From a bacterium (GTDB lineage: Bacteria; Patescibacteriota; Patescibacteriia; 2-12-FULL-60-25), in NCBI GenBank assembly GCA_021796435.1, contig JAJYXM010000016.1:54625-118624 (forward strand): 64,000 nucleotides of DNA, written 5' to 3'. The notes beneath the pieces were generated by a model that was not told the origin of the DNA, made no database searches, and saw only the letters and a list, made by a program, of their open reading frames with translations. Made by a program: the position numbers and the translations under genes. Within the stretch, counting starts at the first letter, position 1; each line of letters begins with the position of its first letter. Positions 57,878 through 64,000 of the stretch are shown here, piece by piece.

Positions 57878-58524
57878 TAAAAACATATATGAAACTCTTC
57901 CTTACTTCCTCGTGCATTTCGGAGAATCTGCGGGAGCCGTTCCTCAAATTCCTCGGCAAACCGCCTGGCGAGGTGAAGCTGTATTTCATCCCGACGGCGA
58001 GCGACGTGGAAACCGAAAAATTCTTCATCGTAAAATCGATGGACGATCTGGCTGCCGTAGGCATAAATCCCATCTGGTATCCGTTAAGGCTGAAGACTCG
58101 GGAGCAAGTCGCACAGGAGCTCGCTGATGCGGATGTGATTTGGGTGAACGGCGGCAATACGTTCTATCTGCTCGACGTAGCGCGCAAGACAGGTTTCATG
58201 GAAACGGTAGATGACTTGGTGCGTAACAAAGGCGTGCTGTATGGAGGTACGAGCGCCGGTTCGATCCTTGTTTCACCGTCGATCGAGATCGCAGGCTGGG
58301 GAGAAGATGCGGATCCGAATGATGTCGGGCTGACAGACTTGACCGGATTGGATCTGGCCAGGATTTACACGCAGGTACATTACGAACCTGCGGCGCATAA
58401 GGCGATGTTAAAATCGAAAAAGTGCGAATTTCCGATATATGCCATACCGAACGGTGCAGCGGTCGAGATCGATGGTGATACGATAATCCTGCACGGCGAT
58501 ATCGAGATATTCAGAAATGGATGA
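57874..58524 (+). CDS. Peptidase E / S51 family (type-1 glutamine-amidotransferase-like) dipeptidase
   Basis: LYFIPTAS...VIWVNGGNTFYLL...LYGGTSAGSI are S51 family hallmarks. Confidence 0.8.
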   Translation: MIKTYMKLFLTSSCISENLREPFLKFLGKPPGEVKLYFIPTASDVETEKFFIVKSMDDLAAVGINPIWYPLRLKTREQVAQELADADVIWVNGGNTFYLLDVARKTGFMETVDDLVRNKGVLYGGTSAGSILVSPSIEIAGWGEDADPNDVGLTDLTGLDLARIYTQVHYEPAAHKAMLKSKKCEFPIYAIPNGAAVEIDGDTIILHGDIEIFRNG

Positions 58525-58577
58525 GCGTCCGGACGACTATTGTACGTTTATCGCTTTTCTTTTAACCTATTATCGAT

Positions 58578-58787
58578 ATGGCGACACAAGAAGCATTACG
58601 TCAGCTCTGCCTGGACGAAAAGGGACAGCCTAAGGAAAAGAATGAGTGCAGGGCGGTGATCATCAACCATCTTATCCTGGATGAGGGGTTGGATATCGAC
58701 GAAGCCGAGGAATTGGCGGAAAATACTTTGCGCGAGAGCCATTTTTGGGACGAAACAAAACCGCAAGGCACGGAGCCTGTGGTCTGA
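58578..58787 (+). CDS. Small hypothetical acidic protein (69 aa)
   Basis: Frame only. Confidence 0.3.
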   Translation: MATQEALRQLCLDEKGQPKEKNECRAVIINHLILDEGLDIDEAEELAENTLRESHFWDETKPQGTEPVV

Positions 58788-58832
58788 TGCCGATACGGTT
58801 TAAATAAACAATTTCGTTTTGAGGGGAGCTTG

Positions 58833-60125
58833 TCAGTTCTTTTGGTTTGATTTTTGGATTGACGAGGATCGGGTCGGCAACAATGCGGCCAGGATCCAAA
58901 ATTGGAAGGCAAGATCATTCTTGAAGTATGGGACGTCGACTAGGCCGTGGATCAGGATGGCAAAGAGGGGGAGGATAGAGATGATGGAGGAGGCGTACCT
59001 CGTACCTCGTACTTCGTACTTTAGGGTCAGCCTGATCCAGGTGATGACGATGAGGATGAATGCGAAGATGCCGGGGAGGCCGGTTTCGGTCCAGAGGTTG
59101 AGCAGGATGTTGTGCGGATACTGGAAGATCTCGATGAAGGTTTTCTTGTGATAGGGAGCGAAAGTCGCAGGATAGCCGCCTAAACCGGCGCCGAAGATGG
59201 GACGGTCCTTGAGCATGTCTGCCGTCTCTTGCCACATCCAGACGCGGACACGGCCTGACCAATTCTGGAAAGACAGGGTTTTTATAGTCGGTTCCCTAAG
59301 CTGGGGGACAGAGAAAAGCACGATAGCCCCAAGAAGGATGGCGCCGATCGTCGGAAGGCGTGTTTTTCTTTTCCAGAGCAGAACAAGCAGGATACAAGAA
59401 AGTATGGCGATCGAGCCGCCGACGCTTTTTGCCAGGAGTGTGGCGACGGTGGCGGAGATGAAACCGATGAGAGGGAAAAGACGTTCCGCGTACCGCGTAG
59501 CGCGTGCTGAATGTTGTGGGAAAACGGCGAGGCCGAAGAAGAGAACGGCGAGCGGTGCGCAGTAAAGCGCGACGGCGTTGGGGAAGGGGAAGGGGCCGGT
59601 CGCACGGCGCAGCGAAAGGCCGACGTTCCAGGGGGCGGGTATGCCGATGTTAGTCGTGAACTGGAAAACACTCCAGACGGCGATGAAGATGGTTGTCGCG
59701 ACAAGGGATTTTATGACCAGCCATCTGTCTGATTCGTCGATCAGGTAGCTCTTCAGGAGGATGAGATAGACGATAGGTTCCAGGATGTAGGCGCGCCATA
59801 ACCCGAGGGCTGCGATCTTATCCGGCGCAACGATGACAGCGATGGCGGAAGCCAGGATCCAAAGCAACAAGGCATAGCGCCAAGGTCTGAGCATCTTAAT
59901 GCCGTCGGACCAACGGGTTTTTTTGGTACGTAAAGTCACGGCCAGGACAAGGGCCAGGAATCCGAGTTCCAGAAGGGTCGTGGGAAGCGGACCGATCTTG
60001 GTGCGCAAAAGATAAGCGGGGAGCAAGAGCGGAAACGTCAAAACCGCATATCTAGGATATTTCCAGGCGTAGATGGCGTAGAGTATGGAGAGGGTGATGA
60101 GGATTAAGGACATGTTGTTCGTCAT
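58833..60125 (-). CDS. O-antigen ligase/polymerase family membrane protein (Wzy_C)
   Basis: About 12 TM helices. Motif PHNILLNLWTETGLPG is Wzy_C-like. Confidence 0.75.
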   Translation of the reverse strand: MTNNMSLILITLSILYAIYAWKYPRYAVLTFPLLLPAYLLRTKIGPLPTTLLELGFLALVLAVTLRTKKTRWSDGIKMLRPWRYALLLWILASAIAVIVAPDKIAALGLWRAYILEPIVYLILLKSYLIDESDRWLVIKSLVATTIFIAVWSVFQFTTNIGIPAPWNVGLSLRRATGPFPFPNAVALYCAPLAVLFFGLAVFPQHSARATRYAERLFPLIGFISATVATLLAKSVGGSIAILSCILLVLLWKRKTRLPTIGAILLGAIVLFSVPQLREPTIKTLSFQNWSGRVRVWMWQETADMLKDRPIFGAGLGGYPATFAPYHKKTFIEIFQYPHNILLNLWTETGLPGIFAFILIVITWIRLTLKYEVRGTRYASSIISILPLFAILIHGLVDVPYFKNDLAFQFWILAALLPTRSSSIQKSNQKN

Positions 60126-60153
60126 TCCCGCGCAGGCGGGAATCCAGGCTTTA

Positions 60154-60259
60154 TCGTGTTCTGTCAGCCAAATGCATTTTCAACCTCTGCGGAACTCGGC
60201 TGCAGGATTATTCATGGCAGCCTCAGACAGTCCTCGCGGTTAAAAATGCATTTGGCTGA
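60154..60259. repeat. 17-bp perfect inverted repeats (TCAGCCAAATGCATTTT and AAAATGCATTTGGCTGA) flanking a 72-bp core. MITE-like or long stem-loop.
   Basis: Seen directly. Adjacent to hairpin repeat B2 at 60121-60148. Confidence 0.5.
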
Positions 60260-60276
60260 CTGTTTTGCTTATTTAG

Positions 60277-61736
60277 TCATACATCCATCCCGGAAGATGG
60301 CGTGCCACGGCGGAAAGTGAGGATCTCTTTGATGGTCTGCCGCGAAACGGTACCGGTGATGATGACGAGAAGGCCGTAGATTATGGCCCCGGCAATTATG
60401 GGGATGGGCAGCCACATATCCCTAAGCGGAAGGATAGCCAGTGCCATGGTCGCAGCGCAAGCCGACGCTTTGGTGATGGCGACGGTTGCGAAACCGCTCT
60501 TGGCCATATAGAAAGAGATGGCTGTCGTGCCGACGGCGATCGCGCCTTCGGAAAAAACGGTCAGCCAGGCGGCTGCGTACATGCCGTAACGCGGAATGAA
60601 GATGACGTAACCGGCCAGGGTGACGACGGCGACGGCGATGTAAAGGGGAATGGATTTTCTTTGTGCGTTCAGCGCCACGATGGCGTGGGACGAGACAGTC
60701 CCGAGGTATATGACGGCGGCAGCGAGGATGAGTATCTTGAGGATCATGCCGGATGCGACGAAATCGTCGCCAGCGATGGCGAGCATGATGCGATCGCCCA
60801 TGACGAAGACACCGGCTACCATGGGAGCAGCCAGCAGAGCCATGGTAGATAAGGCATTGCGGTACAGGCGGTTGAACCGTTCTTTGTCTTTTTCGGCCCA
60901 GGCTTTGGCGACCAAAGGAAGGAGGACGCCGCAATACATGAAGGGCAGGGTGATCAGGATCTCCAGCACGCGATATGCGGCGCCGTAGATACCGACCTCG
61001 TTAAGCGGCCGGACGTAAGAGAGGATCAGCGTGTCGGCGCGGAAATATATGAGGTTGAAGAGGATCGAGATACCGATGGGCCAGGAGCGATGGAGCAGGG
61101 TGCGCCAAAAAGCAGGGTCCCAGTTCCAGGCGAACGACGCGTGGCGCCGCCCGAGCACTAGGTTGAGGAGGAAATTGGCGGTGCTGCCGACGCTGACTAT
61201 CAGCGTGAGGCCGACGACACCCAGGCCTGATCCGATGCCGATCAGCAATCCGGCGAGCGTCACGATGCGCCCGACGACTTCGGCCAATGCCGCGTAGTGC
61301 ATCTTGAAGTGCCGTTGTTCGGTGCCGATGACGATCTGGTTCATGACGCTGGAGAAATAGGAACCCCAGATGGCGAAGAAGGCCAGTTTCAATTCCCAGG
61401 GATAATCCAGGAAAAGTCCGATGATTGGCGCAAGCGTAAGGAACGCCAAGGCGGTGACCAGACGGAAGGTGAAGACGGCGCTGGTCGCGCGATCTTCATA
61501 GGCCTTATCTCCAGCGCGTTCACCCAGCATCTGGACGAGCATCACATTGATCCCGAGGTCGAGGATGAGGGCGAAGACCTGAAGGAAGGAGTTGGCTGTC
61601 GTGTATACGCCAAAACCGTCTTGACCCAGGTAACGCGTCATGAGGCCGATGACCACTACGCCGATCGCGGTCGAGAAAACCTTTCCGGTTATCTGGATCC
61701 CTGTGTTCCAAGCTAAGATTTTCGCCTCACTCATAT
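60277..61736 (-). CDS. Wzx-type oligosaccharide flippase (MOP superfamily polysaccharide biosynthesis protein)
   Basis: 14 TM helices. N-terminal ILAWNTGIQITGKVFSTAIGVVVIGLMTRYLGQDGFGVYT is typical of Wzx. Confidence 0.8.
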
Positions 61737-61941
61737 GTTGAATCGCTTCTGTGTTGGATATAGTGGCATGAAACGGCCCATCCATCAATTATTTCACTTA
61801 ACCTAGCCTAATTTTCGTCCTATCAACACCGTAGGGTAACAATTCGTGCTCTTATGTTCTATAATGGTTTTTGAGGCAAAAGGTCCGATTATTTAGCGTC
61901 TTCAGGTCATGGAACATGGTCGGAATGCCTTGAACACTGAA

Positions 61942-64000
61942 ATGAAAAAATACATTCCACAATCGATAGCGAGATTCGTCATGTCCCTGATGCTGGTGGC
62001 GTTGGTTTGCCCAGCGCCATCTACGGCTAGGGCTGCGGCTTATGATTATTATGCGCAGACGAACAACCTCAAAGTCGTGCTCAATGCAGGGGAGAAGAAA
62101 CAGATCACATTGAGCTTCACGAATATCGGGAACAACACCTGGTACGGTTCGCGTAACCAGACCGCCCTGTATCTTTATGGCGATTCATCCATCTTCGGGA
62201 ATGCTTCGTGGCTCACCAACGATCTGCCGGGATTGATCGCACAGAGTTCGGTCAAACCGGGACAGAATGCGACGGCATCATTTTGGGTGCAGGCACCGAA
62301 GACGCCGGGCACATACAATGAGCGTTTCCTTTTGTCCTACGGGATCAACAAATGGGTCAAAGGTTCCGTAGCCTCTGTAGAATTCGATGTAGTCGCAGCT
62401 TCGTCTAATCCGGTGACTGTCCAACCTGCAGCCGCAGCGACCACAGCCGCCACGCCGGCTGATCAACAGGTCGCGGGTTACGCTGCTGTTTTAGTTGATA
62501 AAGGCGGAATCGAATGGCAGATTGCGCCAGGGGGTATGGCGACGGTGAATTTATCGTTCAAAAATACAGGGATAAAGACCTGGTATAACACCGGGAGCAA
62601 TTATGTTTCCGTCTATACCGGTAAGACTGAGCGTAAGAGCCAGTTCGAAGACACGACATGGAAAAACCAGTTCCAGCCGGTTGTGATGAAAGAGGCTTCG
62701 GTAAAACCGGGTGAAATCGGACATTTCACTTTCAAGTTGAAGGCGCCTACGGCCATGGGTCGGTACACGGAATCTTTCCAGTTGGCGGCTGAAGACGCGG
62801 CCTGGATCCCGGGTGGCACGGCGGATTTGCCGATTAAAGTCGCTTCCGCTTCCGCGACCATAACGGATCTGAATACGACGACGGCAGGAGGAAGCCAGAG
62901 CGGAAAATATTCAGGGGTGCTGCTTTTGAGTTCCGCCAGGTCAGCGACGCTATTGGGTAATGGCCGTCAGACTTTGACTTATGGTTTCAAGAATACGGGT
63001 ACGGCGATATGGAATACGCTGTCGATCAAGACGACGGGAGTGAGCTTGGCTTCGGCGGATAATTCCTTGGTCAGCGTACGTGACGAGTCGTGGTATGCGG
63101 GGAATGAAGCGGTGAGGACGAATAACCTGACAGAGCCGGGGCATGTAGGATTCGTAGGCTTCACCATAAAAGCGCCGGCCAAGAAAGGTAACTATACCGC
63201 ACATTTCGTCTTGTATGCCGACAACAATCAGGTGGACGGTGCGACGATCGATATACCGATAACGGTCACGGCAGACGGATACATCGAACCGGAACCGACG
63301 AGCAGCTCGCAGCCTTCGACCCCTTCCTCCAATCAGACGAATGTCGCTCCTTTGGGTGGCGATTACGCAAGCTTGCCGGCCGAGCCTATCATCCGTGTCG
63401 GGTTATATCAGACGAACGACGATACGATGATAGTGCGTGCGGTGTCGGGAGGGTTCAGCCTGCAACAGAATGGATCCGCCATATGTACATTCAACGCCAA
63501 TGAGCAGGTGAAGGTAGTATTCGATCGTACGGCTAAGGTCTATAAAGCCACGGGACCGCGCTGCACCACACAGTCATCCTCATATTATGTGGCAGCCGCT
63601 CCGGATAATTTGGCGCCGCTCGAGATAACCGACATAAGCCGTCCGGTCTCTTGGTTGCCGGGTGCGAACGACAATAAATTCCGCGGCAAGCTGGAATTGC
63701 GCTATACGCCGGCGACGGATCTGGTGTGGGTCATCAATGAGTTGCCGATCGAGTGGTACCTGAAGGGTATCGGAGAGACGTCGAATTCTAGTCCGTTGGA
63801 ATATCAGAAGGCGCTGCTTACCGCCGCCAGGACATACGCCATGTATCACGTGCAACATGCGACGAAACACGCGGACGAGTATTACATTGTGGATGCGAAA
63901 TACGATCAGGTCTATCGCGGCTACGGAGCCGAAATACGCGATCCTAAGGTCGTAGAGGCGATCGACGCGACACGCGGTCAGATAGTCACATACCAAGGTA
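61942..64000 (+). CDS. Secreted multi-domain protein. Repeated Ig/CARDB-like domains followed by a SpoIID/LytB domain. The 3' end runs past the window.
   Basis: Signal peptide MKKYIPQSIARFVMSLMLVALVCPAPSTARA. Three repeats of about 100 aa with an NxGxxxW pattern. C-terminal ELPIEWYLKGIGE...ALLTAARTYAMYH is the SpoIID signature. Confidence 0.7.
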   Translation, partial: MKKYIPQSIARFVMSLMLVALVCPAPSTARAAAYDYYAQTNNLKVVLNAGEKKQITLSFTNIGNNTWYGSRNQTALYLYGDSSIFGNASWLTNDLPGLIAQSSVKPGQNATASFWVQAPKTPGTYNERFLLSYGINKWVKGSVASVEFDVVAASSNPVTVQPAAAATTAATPADQQVAGYAAVLVDKGGIEWQIAPGGMATVNLSFKNTGIKTWYNTGSNYVSVYTGKTERKSQFEDTTWKNQFQPVVMKEASVKPGEIGHFTFKLKAPTAMGRYTESFQLAAEDAAWIPGGTADLPIKVASASATITDLNTTTAGGSQSGKYSGVLLLSSARSATLLGNGRQTLTYGFKNTGTAIWNTLSIKTTGVSLASADNSLVSVRDESWYAGNEAVRTNNLTEPGHVGFVGFTIKAPAKKGNYTAHFVLYADNNQVDGATIDIPITVTADGYIEPEPTSSSQPSTPSSNQTNVAPLGGDYASLPAEPIIRVGLYQTNDDTMIVRAVSGGFSLQQNGSAICTFNANEQVKVVFDRTAKVYKATGPRCTTQSSSYYVAAAPDNLAPLEITDISRPVSWLPGANDNKFRGKLELRYTPATDLVWVINELPIEWYLKGIGETSNSSPLEYQKALLTAARTYAMYHVQHATKHADEYYIVDAKYDQVYRGYGAEIRDPKVVEAIDATRGQIVTYQG

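Noticed and set aside
59197-59704. ORFs 59197-59565 plus and 59282-59704 minus inside the O-antigen ligase gene
   Set aside because: Alternative frames of a well-supported membrane-protein gene.

Overview
The window is a compositional mosaic. Positions 1-33.8 kb are about 68% GC and Myxococcota-like. They carry a partial hybrid histidine kinase and a response regulator on the minus strand. A TPP-riboswitch-controlled thi4-thiE operon follows. Further genes are an FHA-domain protein, primary sigma factor RpoD, a HicB/HicA pair with a tyrosine recombinase, cysteine-rich lipoproteins, an EpmA-like class II aaRS paralog, an HDAC-like deacetylase, and a 1423-aa trypsin-like protease fused to cysteine-rich repeats. 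A roughly 9.6 kb phage/ICE-like integrated element ends this segment at a tRNA-Ala(GGC). Read on the minus strand it encodes xis, int, a replication-relaxation protein, a HerA/FtsK-like ATPase, RadC, a RecT-like annealase, a Cas4-like exonuclease and a DUF932-like protein. After the tRNA the composition drops to about 45-55% GC and a different genome style begins. This segment holds ychF, galU, an ABC substrate-binding protein, six tandem secreted T4SS-pilin-like paralogs and a GT-C membrane protein. A roughly 60% GC block of secreted proteins and lipoproteins follows, driven by three copies of a near-consensus sigma70 promoter and interspersed with a family of GTCATCCCG...CGGGAT hairpin repeats. 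Next is a tRNA-Ser(CGA) followed by a direct repeat of its 3' end. A roughly 38% GC island sits next to it, encoding a 1354-aa NACHT-like STAND NTPase with a C-terminal PD-(D/E)XK nuclease plus a 442-aa unknown partner. This is the best candidate for an undescribed defence system. The last segment holds an alpha/beta hydrolase, peptidase E, O-antigen ligase, Wzx flippase and a partial SpoIID-domain protein. No rRNA or CRISPR array was found. Many antisense ORFs in the high-GC part are treated as GC artefacts.
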